DNA of 64,000 bases from Ascidiella aspersa (Eukaryota), in assembly GCA_963924565.1 (NCBI GenBank), contig OZ004614.1, forward strand, positions 25,606,001 to 25,670,000, given 5' to 3'. Under the pieces are notes generated by a model. The model saw nothing but the letters and a program-made list of their open reading frames with translations. It did not search any database and was not told where the DNA came from. Of this stretch, positions 21,701 to 34,267 are shown piece after piece; the stretch's first letter is position 1, and each line of letters opens with the position of its first letter. The translations under genes were made by a program, and so were the position numbers.

Positions 21701-24700
21701 TATTATACAAACTAAAAAATGCATAAATTTTAAGCAAAACATCTGTCAAGCCACCAATATTTTAAGTAAAGTTTTTTAACTGTTTTAAATTTCAAATATC
21801 CTGTTTAAGATCATCGATTGGAATCAAAATGCCAAAATACGTTTAATACATTTATCATACCTAAGCATAATAGAATTTCTCTTAAACACACGAAAACAAT
21901 TCTCGGGAAATTGTCGGATAATTACTGCTTGTTTAATCCTGAGCGCTACCGTTCCGCACTTAGTATTCAAAATAGAATCGCGTCTGTAGTTTGATCAGTC
22001 GTTAAGAGTTATATAAAATCGTGACAATTTTTTTATTAAATCACGATGATAGAGCATCGCGTTGAGAACAAAAACTATACTCTTGTTTAATATAACTTGT
22101 ATTAAAACTTAAGAAGAAGTAATACAAAATTGTATATAAAATAACTTTAAGCTAAATAGTGCAGCAACACTGAAAAAACATAATGCAGCAAAATTTATTT
22201 TTTCGGTAAAAAAGGAAAAATGTCAAAAGCTAAAAACTTGTGGCATATGGTAAAATAGAAGATAAATGCTATACATAATATATTTTATATATAAATACCT
22301 CATTTATTCACGCCCAAAAAAAAATGTTGTCAAATGAGATTTTATAATTTATAATGCATTTAAATTGTTTTTGTATGTCCTTTTTCTGTGCAAATATCAA
22401 CATCTTAGCGAAATAATTCAACTTCTTATTTAATTATTGTAATGCAAACTGTCAAATACAAAAAGTAGCATTATTCCTACAATCCAATTTCCATTTACAC
22501 CAAGCTTTGTAAGCACATTTTCTCGCAAGATTGGAATTTGTGGTTTAACGATAACATTTATGCCACGGCAAATGCTTGTTGTAGACTTAAGGCAGATTGA
22601 ATGATCTTCGGTGCATTTATCGCCCAGAGCATTTACCTAATTTGCAAACTAAGCTAAAAACAAGAAAAACTTGTCTGAACTTTATGCCCGATTAAAAGCT
22701 GGCTTTGTAATAGTGACTTGCATTTTATTCTGGCTGCAAATTTCTTTACCATAGGGCACTCGACCAGTTATTGGATAGAAACAAACAATAGACAAAAAAT
22801 CAGACTTTATCAAACAAAAACTTCTATATCTTCAATTTTTTACGGCTCTTCCGGAATTTCCCCTTTTTCCGATGGGAAAAAAATTTGCCGCTCGCATTTT
22901 TTGCTTCCATAATTTCATTATTTTTCCGTCGATCCAACTCCGCAACCACGATCCGCTTATCCGCAATTTACCCTCCACCATTTACACACACATACCCAGC
23001 GTTTTAAACAAGTTATTTGCGAAATAACTTAAGCCCAAGCCATTATTAGAGCAAACCAACTCCAAGTGACATTAATTATATAATATTAAAACGATGCACC
23101 ATTAAAACTGTGAAAATCGTCTGAATATTTTTGAGTAATAATTCAACTAAAAACTAACAAAAAACAGCATCTTGCAATAAACTGTAAAAAGAAAAGCACT
23201 TAATTTTAACCCAAGTTATTTGACTCACTGACCTAAGTCCAAGTCAAGTCATTTTAAAACAATGACTTACGTGCACTTAATTATTACAACAGCGAAAATT
23301 ACCCTCCACCATTTAACCACAGTACTCTCAGGACAAAATGTCCGCCGACCTGTTTAAGCTTTACATTTACCGATCGTAACTTCTGCTTCCGTTATTCCAT
23401 TATTTTTCTGTCGATCCGAATCCGAAACCACTATCCGCTATTCCGCAATTTACCCTCCACCATTTACACACATCACAGCCAGGACAAAATGCCCGCCGAC
23501 AATTCGCTATAGACGCCAAAATAAACGCCCCGTTTAAACTTTAAAATTTTTCGCCTGGTTTTAAAACATTTACCAATCGTAAATTTTTGCTTCCGTCATT
23601 TCCTTATTTTTCCGTCGATCCGACTCTGCCACCTCGGTCTACTTATCCGCTAAGTCAAGTCGAGTTATTTTACAAAAACGTCAAGTCAAGTCAAGTCAAG
23701 TTAAGTAATTTTACCCAAATGACTTAAAGTCAAGTTAAGTCAAGTCAAGTCAAGTTAAGTAATTTTACCCAAATGACTTAAAGTCAAGTTAAGCCATTTG
23801 AAAACAGTGAGTTAAGGAGACTTATTCATTACAACACCGCAATTTATCCTCCACCATTTACCCACAGCACTGCCAGGACAAAATGCCGGCCGACAATTCG
23901 TTTGAAGCTTCCCCGACGGACTTCCAGTTTCCGGATGACGGTAAAATGTGGAACGAAGCGGAAAACATGGATATGAAGCCAGACCGGGAGTTTGTGGGAG
24001 TCGAGGAACTGAGTGAGGACTACAAAGCGGAATTCGAGGAGATCAGAGCCAGTCTCGCGGAAGTGGAAGGAGAGTTGTCCTCGCTCGACGTGAGTCCGCC
24101 TTTTACCACACACCAACTATTATATTAATGTAATTGTCGCTCTAGAACAGTGGTTATCAACTTTTTAGCTTTATGCTAAGAAAATCTCAAATATTTCGCG
24201 GCATACGTTTAACAGAACAACAATAGAGTTAATTTTACAAAAGCCCTTAACACACGACAAAATATAATATGCAAATGTCTCAGTATTGTAAATTTGTAAC
24301 GATAGTGCGTATTTAAGTCAAAAATTTTTCAATATGTTTCGTGGCGTTACATTTTTAGAGATTTAATTTTTAGGCTGGTTATTGTTACACAACAGAAATG
24401 TAATCGTATTGTAGTGTAGGGGGGCATGGCCTGCAAACTTTATTTTACCGAAACACCGTTCCGGACTGTTCAGGCTTACTTTCACTGCTGTTTCTAAGGT
24501 TTTGTGACGGCCATAAAAAGGTAAAATAAATAACTTAAAAAAAAAAAAGGAAAAGTAGAAATCATATATTACGAAAAATGAATAACAAACTAAAATCATT
24601 AACGGATATACTTTGGTTGTGCTAACTCCCCAAATCTGCAAATAAAAACAAATAAGACATTGGGGTTTAAATGACGTCACCAATAGTTATGTGACGTCAT

Positions 24701-27700
24701 TGCAAACAAGTTCTAAACAAGTTGTTTCCCCAGAGCTTGATGCATGCGATTGGATTGGCTTACAACAAAGGATTGAAGTCGGTGATTCTGCCCGACCCAG
24801 CAATGGGAGGCGAAATTACATTGAAGGTTTGTTCTTGTGTGAGACTGATCTTTGATAAGAGATCCTTAATTAGTTGTAAATTAAGTGTTAATTTTAGTTT
24901 TTAAGACTATTCTAGCTTTCAGTTGTCATTCGTATATCTTGGTGGCAATCAATTTGAGGAACTAAGACACAGGATATATGTTTGTTTGGTTGCAAATAAG
25001 GCTATTATTACTTGCGCGATTTTGTGATTTTGAAAAATCGCGATTTCGAGATTTAGTGATTTAGTTATTACGTGATTTAGTAATTTGGCGTTTTCGTGAT
25101 TTCGTGATAACGTGATTTCGTGATTTCGTGATTTCGTGATTTCGTGATTTCGTGATTTCGTGATTTCGTGATTTCGTGATTTCGTGATTCGTGATTTTGT
25201 GTTTCACGAACAGGAGATCAACGCGATCGCGATGAGCGTGACAGCGACTTTGAAAGAGCAAGTTGAGGACATCCAAGCGATGATCACATCAGTACTTGAC
25301 AACATCAAGGAGTCGTCGGATCCAATGAGCAAGTAAGTTAAGCTTATGAAAGAAACATCACACTACCACCTCCCGATGTCGGTGTAAAAGTTGCGAAAAT
25401 GTGACAATCTAGTTGTGACCAGACTTGGTCAACTACGTAATATTGGTTTTCTAATACAATGAATTACAGCAAAATGCGGCTAATTCTGATCTAGTTTGTG
25501 AATAACTTGTGTGCTCTAATTCGAGTTTTAATCTGAGTTAACTGTATTTCTAGTTACTAAATAGAAAAAAAACATTTTAACTAATACTCCTCAGTCGGAA
25601 AACTACGTAATTTTGGCTTTCTAAATCAATGAATTAGAGCAAAATGCGGCTAATTCTAGTCCTAATCTTATTTGTGAATTGCTTGTGTGCATTCTAGTTT
25701 CTTTATTTAGATTTTAACAAAAATTCTAATTTTTTTAATTCTTTGGTCAAAACTTGTAGGCGACTTTTACAGAATGAAAAGCATTGACTATGCTAAAACA
25801 TATAGAAACTAGCACACGCCTTGAAAGTAGGCCTAATAATAAATATTAAGTTCTGTTCTCGTAATTAACTGATTTACAAAGAGGATCTGGTCTTTTAAAG
25901 AAGTTCGGGCATTAAAAACATTTTTTGGGTATGAAAACATTTTCAAAGATGACGTTACAAAGTTATTTCACCACATAACGTCATAAAAAAGTAATTCTAA
26001 AAATATTATAGAATACGTTTTATTTTTAATTCCAAATTTTTTGCACATACGTATTTAAAATAGGCAAAAAGACATTTTTTTGTGGGGGGGGGCATGTCCA
26101 TACCCCCAAGATCCGACACCTGGCCGCAGGGGTTAAATTAAGGCGTATTTCCGTAATGATCCATAACACCTTTGTAATATAACTTTTTATTTAGAGTAAC
26201 ACCTTGCCAACCTAGAACCTCACCAAAATACGAACTTTGTTGTGTTTTTAAAGTTACTTCTCTATCGGTATCGGCCCGACCCGTTTGAGGCTAATAATTC
26301 GCGCCTTGTAATATGAATTAAGGTGAAACTTTTTTAATGGAATGTAATTAGCCCACCCGACCGTAGCCTTACAACCTCCTTTTAAACCCCACTCTCTTCT
26401 ACACAATTGTTGCATTTTTTTGGCACATTTTCACAGATGACGTCACAAAGTTATGTCACGACGTGACGTCATAAAGAAGTTATTCTCAAAAACTACAGAG
26501 TTCGTTTATTTTGTTCAAAAAATTCCCAATTCTGCGTATTTAAAATAGGCAAAAAAAGATTATTTTTTGGGGTATGGCCAAGCGGCCCAGCAATCCAGGA
26601 TCCGACCCTGGTCGTAGTCTAGTGGAACTAACCCATTGGATCGTAGCTTAGTGGCCTTCTTTTAAACCCCACTCTCTTGTTACAGACAGGATTTGGTGAG
26701 CGCCCTTGAAGTGAGTAGAGCTTACCTGGAAACTCGCATCACTGAACTTGAAGGATACAGAGCCAAGCTCACAGTCTGGGGGATGGACATCGGAGGTGGA
26801 GAAGCAACTTCCACTCCGGATGCAGATGAAGATGCAAGTGGGGATCTGGAACTCGCTGTGGATGGCGCGGAGGAAAGTGGAGACTTTGAGCTGTCAACTG
26901 ATGAAGAAGAAGACACATCCTCTGACATGGGAGGAAGCGGGGATGTTGGTTTTGCTCCTGATGAGTCAATGGATGAATTTCAGGAAGAGGCAGACCAAGA
27001 TGGACAAGATGATTTAGGTTTGGCTCTTAATGAGTTGATGGATGAAGCAGATGCAGAAGAACAAGAGGAGAGTGGGGATTTTGGTCTTCCTTCTGATGAG
27101 TCAATGGATGGATCTCCCAAAGAAATAGATGAAAATGAACAGGAGGAAAGCGGGGATTTAGGTATTACTCTTAATGAGTTGATTGATGAATCTCCGGTAG
27201 AAATAGAAGATCAAGATGAACTGGATGAACAGGAGGAGAGTGGGGATTTTGGTCTTCCTATAGATGAGTCAATGGATGAATCTCCGGCAGAAATAAATGA
27301 AGATGCACAGGAAGAAAATCAACATTTGGGTCTGTATCCTGATGATCCTTTGGATGTTGACAATGAAGAAAGTGTAGATTTTGAGCTTCCCATGGATGGA
27401 GCGGATGAGGACTATGAAGAGGAGCAGAGCGGGGACATGAGGCTTCCCTTGGATCCAATGATGCGGGCTGCTGGAGAAATGGAAGATAATGATGATGATT
27501 CAGACGACAAGTTGTCCAAGTTCTTGTCCAGTCTCTTGCAAGGATCGACGCAAACCGAAATGGCTCAGTACTTCGGTCAGAAGATCGTGAAGAGAGAAGC
27601 CGGAGACGAGTTTGACACTACGGTGGTCCCTGATCTTCCGGACATTGACCAAGAGGTTCCAATGCAGAGTGAGTTCGAGCAACTGCTCAGCGAGGGTTTG

Positions 27701-29296
27701 GCTTTAAATGACGACGACACTGACGCAACATCTGGTGATGGTTACGTAATGCCTGGCGATGATGGCGTCATTGACAACATCCATGATGAATTTATACCAA
27801 TAACGCAAACCCGTCTGTTAAAGGTCAACTTCAACTCTATAAATTTTACCATGGATGATCAAACTGAGAGTGATGTGATCATGGAATCAACGGAAAGTCC
27901 AGAAACCGATCAGCCGATGATCCCGGAAGAACCAGAAGATGTTGAAGAACCAGAAGATGTTGAAGAACCAGAAAATGTTAAAGAGCCAGAAAATGTTAAA
28001 GAGCCAGAAAATGTTGAAGAACCAGAAAATGTCGAAGAAATAGAAGATCAAGATGAACTGGATGAACAGGAGGAAAGTTGGGATTTTGGTCTTCCTATAG
28101 ATGAGTCAATGGATGAATCTCCGGCAGAAATAAATGAAGATGCACAGGAAGAAAATCAAGATTTGGGTCTGTATCCTGATGATCCTTTGGATGTTGACAA
28201 TGAAGAAAGTGTAGATTTTGAGCTTCCCATGGATGGAGCGGATGAGGACTATGAAGAGGAGCAGAGCGGGGACATGAGGCTTCCCTTGGATCCAATGATG
28301 CGGGCTGCTGGAGAAATGGAAGATAATGATGATGATTCAGACGACAAGTTGTCCAAGTTCTTGTCCAGTCTCTTGCAAGGATCGACGCAAACCGAAATGG
28401 CTCAGTACTTCGGTCAGAAGATCGTGAAGAGAGAAGCCGGAGACGAGTTTGACACTACGGTGGTCCCTGATCTTCCGGACATTGACCCAGAGGTTCCAAT
28501 GCAGAGTGAGTTCGAGCAAATGCTCAGCGAGGGTTTGGCTTTAAATGACGACGACACTGACGCAACATCTGGTGATGGTTACGTAATGTCTGGCGATGAT
28601 GGCGTCATTGACAACATCCATGATGAATTTATACCAATAACGCAAACCCGTCTGTTAAAGGTCGACTTCAACTCTTTTACCATGGATGATCGAACTGAGA
28701 GTGATGTGATCATGGAATCAACGGAAAGTCCAGAAACCGATCAGCCGATGATCACGGAAGAACCAGAAGATGTTGAAGAACCAGAAGATGTTAAAGAACC
28801 AGAAGATGTTGAAGAACCAGAAGATGTTGAAGAACCAGTGGACGAGGATTCAAATAAGACCGACGACGATTTGGTTGGAGGAAGCTATGCGTCTTCTGAC
28901 TTCTCTGAATGGTTGAAGGCAGTAGATAACTTTGAAGACAGCAAGCCAACATATTCAACAGATCTCGAGGATGAGAGCGACTACGATTTAGCTGGAAATA
29001 GTACATCTTCTGATTTCTCTGAAATGTTGAACGAGTTAGAAATGATTAGACATGAAGACATTGAACCAACCGGCTACGGCGACGATTACAACCCAATAAG
29101 CCGGAGAGACATGCTCATTCTTATTGCCTTTGGCTGCTTTGTCTTCTGTGTAGTAGTTGCTTTGATCCTTCGTGCACTCCGTAAACGTGCTAGGCGCCCA
29201 GGGGTACTTATTGGCGCCAACAGGGTTGGGAGTCGAGTTCCTTACCAGATTTACTGCAACGATGTGGAAAAGGGAGGCTTCAAAGTTCCAATGTAA
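18720..29296 (+). CDS. Uncharacterised acidic type-I transmembrane, proteoglycan-like protein, 5 coding exons, 1030 aa
   Basis: Exons 18720-18767, 23868-24089, 24734-24826, 25214-25332, 26686-29296; GT-AG, in phase, 3093 nt. Signal peptide MDFKLLSLICAFLATAHC, helical N-terminal region, D/E-rich repeats, TM segment MLILIAFGCFVFCVVVALIL followed by basic RALRKRARR. Confidence 0.85.
23650..23830 (+). repeat. (AAGTC)n-rich repeat, probably TE subterminal; relatives at 4130-4490 (reverse), 23220-23290 and 58980-59330
   Basis: Runs of caagt/aagtc plus a ~48-bp duplication. Confidence 0.7.
23868..24089 (+). CDS. Acidic TM protein exon 2
   Basis: cccacag|HCQDKMPADNSF...LAEVEGELSSLD|gtgagt. Confidence 0.85.
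24734..24826 (+). CDS. Acidic TM protein exon 3
   Basis: tttccccag|SLMHAIGLAYNKGLKSVILPDPAMGGEITLK|gtttgt. Confidence 0.8.
25015..25200 (+). repeat. (CGTGATTT)n octamer array
   Basis: Perfect units at 25111-25189, degenerate units upstream. Confidence 0.9.
25214..25332 (+). CDS. Acidic TM protein exon 4
   Basis: cag|EINAIAMSVTATLKEQVEDIQAMITSVLDNIKESSDPMS|gtaagt, phase 2. Confidence 0.83.
26686..29296 (+). CDS. Acidic TM protein exon 5 (2.6-kb repeat, TM and cytoplasmic exon)
   Basis: Contains the 867-aa ORF 26693..29296; acceptor ttgttacag matches phase 2. Confidence 0.92.
27199..28836 (+). repeat. 837-bp in-frame tandem duplication; each unit ends in 18-bp EEPEDV repeats
   Basis: Unit 1 is 27199-28035 and unit 2 starts at 28036; near identical, with a 6-nt indel. 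Confidence 0.95.
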
Positions 29297-30876
29297 AAAG
29301 TTTTCGTTCAAGCTACACACAGTTATCACCATGCATTTGACTTTTGCCAGCTCAATGGAACTATATGATTTCTTGTATCCCCACACAATACGTTTGTTCT
29401 GTTAGCTCCATGAAATTTTATGTTTTCTTGTATCCAACATGTTCAATTTCGTAAGCTCCACAAAATACTTTTGTTTTGCTATCACCACACAATATTTGTT
29501 TTGTATCCACACAACACTGTATGGACTGACCAAAACGATTGATTACACATATGAAAAATGTTGCTTGATTTAATATAAACAGGTACATAATTTTGAAATT
29601 GTACAGTTTTCTCTTTAAGTTCTTTGTATAACATTACATAATGGTTGTTTCTGAAGCATAAAAACATTGTGTTCTCTCTATCTTCTTTTTACCTTTGAAA
29701 AACAAATGGACGTGTATTTTTTCCCTGTTCTTTGCGGTTTTGCTTTTATAAGCTGTAAAATTGCGCTGCAGTTTGTTAAAATTCGTGAAAGCTGTTTAAT
29801 GTTTTCAGCCACTAGTTCAATATAAAGATTACCGGAAAAAGTAATATCTTGTAATCATGTAATGGTTAGATATTGTTAAAAAATATAGCATGGCATTGTG
29901 TAAAAATGAGTTGTAACGTTTGTCTTTCATGTATTTTATATATTTTGTATTTGGTTTGGGATTATCCTAAGTGCGCTTTTGCTTGCCAAACTTACATCAA
30001 TACAAGACAACTTACATTGATGAAAAACAGGCAGAGGTTTATTGATTTAGTCCACATATTTTGCTTTGTTATTTATTTCCAAGCTTGCACTGAATATGTG
30101 ATAATAGAAATCACCTTGAGCCTTGCAAGATAAATGTTGACCTTAATTCCTGATCAGTAACAGCAGAATACTCTAGCAAAGATAGAAATTCACGTCAGAC
30201 ACTATTAAATGATCTTAAAAGATATATTTCGCCAACAAAGGCGCCAAGAGTATTAATTCTATTAAAGCCTAATAACTCTTTATTCATTTTCAACATCTTG
30301 ATAAAGAGTTATTTAGAATCATTTAAAATGCTGCCTACTTCTGTATGGGCTTTGATATTCTTAGCACGTCGTACTACAACCTCCAACCATTATGCTCCAA
30401 GGTAGAATCGCTACTTTAGATCGCAAAAAAAAATCCTCAAAAATCCTATATTACTACAGCATCGGGGCATGTCGCAAAAATCGACCTAAATTTCTACTTC
30501 AAGTACAATAAACCTTATCTGAGCAGTACGTCTTGGTTCAGGATGATTAAAAAATAGGGATTCAGGAATTAATAGCTTCTGGGTTAGACATCGTGCATTT
30601 AAAGAAAAAAATATATATTTTCATGGCATTACTTATAATAGAGTGCGGCCTAAACCGTTCCAGTGATTAATATTATCAACCTTTTATAAGTGGTGAGTCC
30701 TTCCTTTAAGTTCGCAACACATGTTTGAAATATCCGCCATTGGCGTCACAAGGAGGTCTATGACGTCACAATGAATACCGCAAAATTGAGTCAACTGGCT
30801 AACAATTGGGCGAAAAAGAGTTGAGATTCGATAAGCCATGAAAGATTGAGAAAACCAAAAGAGTAACAGGGTTGCG

Positions 30877-31375
30877 GAACAGACTTGGACAACGAGATTT
30901 ATTTTAGCTTTTTAAAATTAGATTAGAATTATATTTCAATCATTTTATTTTTTCGAATGAGATTAGAATTAAAATTAGCGAATTATTTAAAAAAATAAGT
31001 ATCATCTAGAATTTGAACTAGAATTACATTTAACTATTCACAATCAAATTAATGTAAATCGCTTATTATTCTAACAACAAGGAATGGTAAATATTTCCTT
31101 TTAATTTTATGCCTTTTAGCATAGCCCATATTTTTAGGACTCTGAAATTTACATTCAAGTCGCTCCGTTCAAAAAGTTTCAATTCAAATCTTATTTTCAA
31201 CTAAGATACTAAAAAAGCCGTTGGACAAAATATAGTTTTTGGTAATATCCGAATAAGATAAGAACTAAAGTTAGAGCACACATACAATTCACAAGTTAGA
31301 TTAGAATTAGAATTAGCCGTATTTTGCTCTAATTCATTAATTTAGAAAACTAGAATTATCTAGTTGTCCATATGC
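30877..31375. mobile_element. AATTAG-rich TIR element apparently nested in a CAGGG(C/T)TGCGGAGTCGG-type element
   Basis: Ends acttggacaac...gttgtcca, flanked by cagggttgcgga and gctgcggagtcgg. Reverse-oriented relatives at 25420-25740. Confidence 0.55.
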
Positions 31376-32301
31376 TGCGGAGTCGGATAAAACAACCCGA
31401 GCCGGAGTCCAGCCAAAAAAATGAACCCAAGTCCGACTCCTACCAAATGTGCGATTTTATGTACCGCGTCCGGCTCTGCCTCCACTGCCTGTACTTCACC
31501 CATTTACGTAACTAAATTAGGGTGGACATTTAGCATTTCACTTAAAGGTGTTTCATATCAGTGACTGGTTTGTTTTCTAGAAAGGTATAATTAACCATTT
31601 TTACACCATTTTGTATTTCTTTCAATAATTAAGGAAATTAGAAGCTGTAATTTAGTAACAAAATAAATTTGAGTTTTTAGGATATGTAGTAAAATTTTGA
31701 CAAATAACTTAGCACGGCCCAGCACGTAGGCGTAGCCAGGGGGGGCCTGAGGGGCCATGGCGCCCCCCCCCCCCCCCAAAATAAAAATTTATAAACATTT
31801 TACTCTTGTAACTTGTTTTCTTTAGGATTTATGAGCAGTACCACAACAGTCGATCACAGACATGCCACACCTTCAGTTGTCATACATTGTTACGTCACAA
31901 ACGATGTAGTTAATGTAACGTTTGCTATACGATAATGTAGTTTTACTACTTTTAGACAGTTTTTGCTCATTGACTGTTTTTTAAGCGTTAATATCCAGTC
32001 AGTTGCTGCTCGAAACGGTTTGGTAGCATTGTTATTTGTGTTCGTTACGGCAGTTAACACAATGACAAAAGCTAAACAAAAAATTCCAACTTTTTGCCCC
32101 ACCCTACCAAAAAAAATGTTCGGCTTGCTACGCCGCTGGCCCAGCACTTATATTTCACTGATTGAAAAAGAAATATTCGAAACTTTCGAAATGTTACCTA
32201 CTTAAAATGCATAGCTGGAAAATATTCAACCATATGTTCCATTCCGTCTTACAATTTGCGGCCATATCGGTTTCGAAATGTGGCACTGCGCATGCGCACG
32301 T

Positions 32302-32368
32302 CGGACTCGGGACTCGGGACTCGGGACTCGGGACTCGGGACTCGGGACTCGGGACTCGGGACTCGGGT
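32302..32368 (-). repeat. (GGGACTC)n heptamer array, same family as 3303
   Basis: About 9 perfect units. Confidence 0.9.
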
Positions 32369-34267
32369 AGTTTTAAGTTCTTACCCGAGTCGACTTTGAC
32401 TCAGCAGCACTGCCTAGTAAAGAAATAGTCATACCTTGCATAAAATGATTGCAGGCTACTGCTATTGGCTTCTTTTCTTACAGAATATTAGTTTTGATTT
32501 ATAAACTCGAGAGCTTTTGCATTTAAATACGTTTAATGCGACAAGAGCTCACGTTGTATTGCACATATGGTGTCAGACACACAAAAAGAAAAAACGGTTC
32601 AAATAAAAGGAAGAAAAAAATGTATAACGAGGACAGTAAGAAATATAAAACAATAATAAAATAAACTGTAGAATGAAATGAATAGTTATTTAGCCGGAAA
32701 AGCACCATTAAATTCAACATCTGAACATCGAATATTTGGCATAATGGAGGCAGTTCACAACATGTACCTACTGTATTATGATATTCATTCTATAAATAAA
32801 GAATAACCACACTTACCTGTGTACACAATTTTTCAAGAAAAAAAAATGTCTATATAATGGCCAACATATTTAACAATTATGTGGGATATGAATAAAAATA
32901 TCACAAAATTGGGGAATATATTTAAAAAAGAACTGCAGTTGAACAAATATAACATTTGTCGGTTTCATTTTCATAATAGATAAAGATTTGAATAGCTCAA
33001 AAGGAATAGTAAACTTGATCTCGGGCTAATTTTGTAGAAATCATTGAGTGGAAAAGAGAGCTTCACTGTTCTTAGAACCGCAGGAAATAACAGCTCGATG
33101 GTGTCTTGCTACTCAAGTGTAGCCGAGGGTAAAACGGTTAATTTTTAAGGATCTAAGATTACAAAGACATATATATGTGTGTGGTTTATAAAGTGACAAA
33201 CAGCATCGGAACACTTAACAATACACCGGTTGCTATTCGTCAAACTTGGGCATTTTGTCTAGTTAACACCAACTGAGCTACGTTGTGGCCAGAGATATCC
33301 GATAATATCGGAGCCGATGTCCGATACCAAGTGGTAGTATCGGTGCCGGTCCGATACAAAACTAATTAGTGCATTTTAAGTCATAATTTGCGACCCAACA
33401 CAAATAATTCCCAAAATGCTTCACAGAAAGAAGATTCCCCGAAAGCAACTTTAAATTAACTTTCACTTTCAGTGCGTTTTTGTCAAAACACAAAACAAAA
33501 AAGGGTTGTAGTGTGACGTAGGATGAATATCGAAGTTTATACAAGCTCCGACTTGTGTGAAGATAATTTTGTTATTTCAGTTTCATATATAGTGACGTTG
33601 CAGTAAAATCCTAGTAGGCTAGGGATGCTGCAATCTATTTATTAATTTAGTGGGTGCCGTAAACCATAAAATGGAAACCACAGGTTTAAACTTTCGCGCA
33701 AAATGGCTCAATTCCGCTGCGCATTTAGCGAATTCATGTCTCTACCGACTGAGCTACGCGATATAATTCATGAGGCGTTGTTGTTTCAAATCACCTTAAT
33801 GCAACTTGAAATTAACTTTAAATTTCGCTGCGTTTTTTGTCAAAAAAGCGCAAAAATTGTCCTAATTCTGTTGCGGCTTCAGTGTTGTCGCGTGGCAACT
33901 TGCGTCACAATGGACGATGGCGCCACAATGCGCAATGACCACCAATTACGTGACAATGAACGTCTTGAAGCTCAGTCCTGCTGCGCCTTCAACGATAATT
34001 TGCGACCCAACACAACTATTCCCAAAATGCTTCACAGAAAGAAGATTTCCCGAAAGCTTTAAATTAACTTTCACTTTCACTGCGTTTTCGTCAAAAAAGC
34101 GCAAAATTCGTCGTAGTTCTGCTTCGCTTTCAGCGCGTTAATGACTCTACCACTGAATCACGCGGGCTAATTGATGAGGTGTTGTTCGCTCACCTTACAT
34201 CAACTTAAAATTCACTTGAAAATTCAACTTCCGCTGTGTTTTTTTGTCAAAAAAGCGCAAAAACCTC

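Noticed and set aside
25061-25276. ORF with NHEITKSR repeats
   Set aside because: It is an antisense translation of the CGTGATTT octamer array.
26722-29386. Antisense and alternative-frame ORFs over the acidic exon
   Set aside because: They are shadows of a purine-rich repetitive CDS.
33703-34141. Plus-strand ORFs next to the RASL11-like stop
   Set aside because: They are made of degenerate local duplications and show no coding signature.
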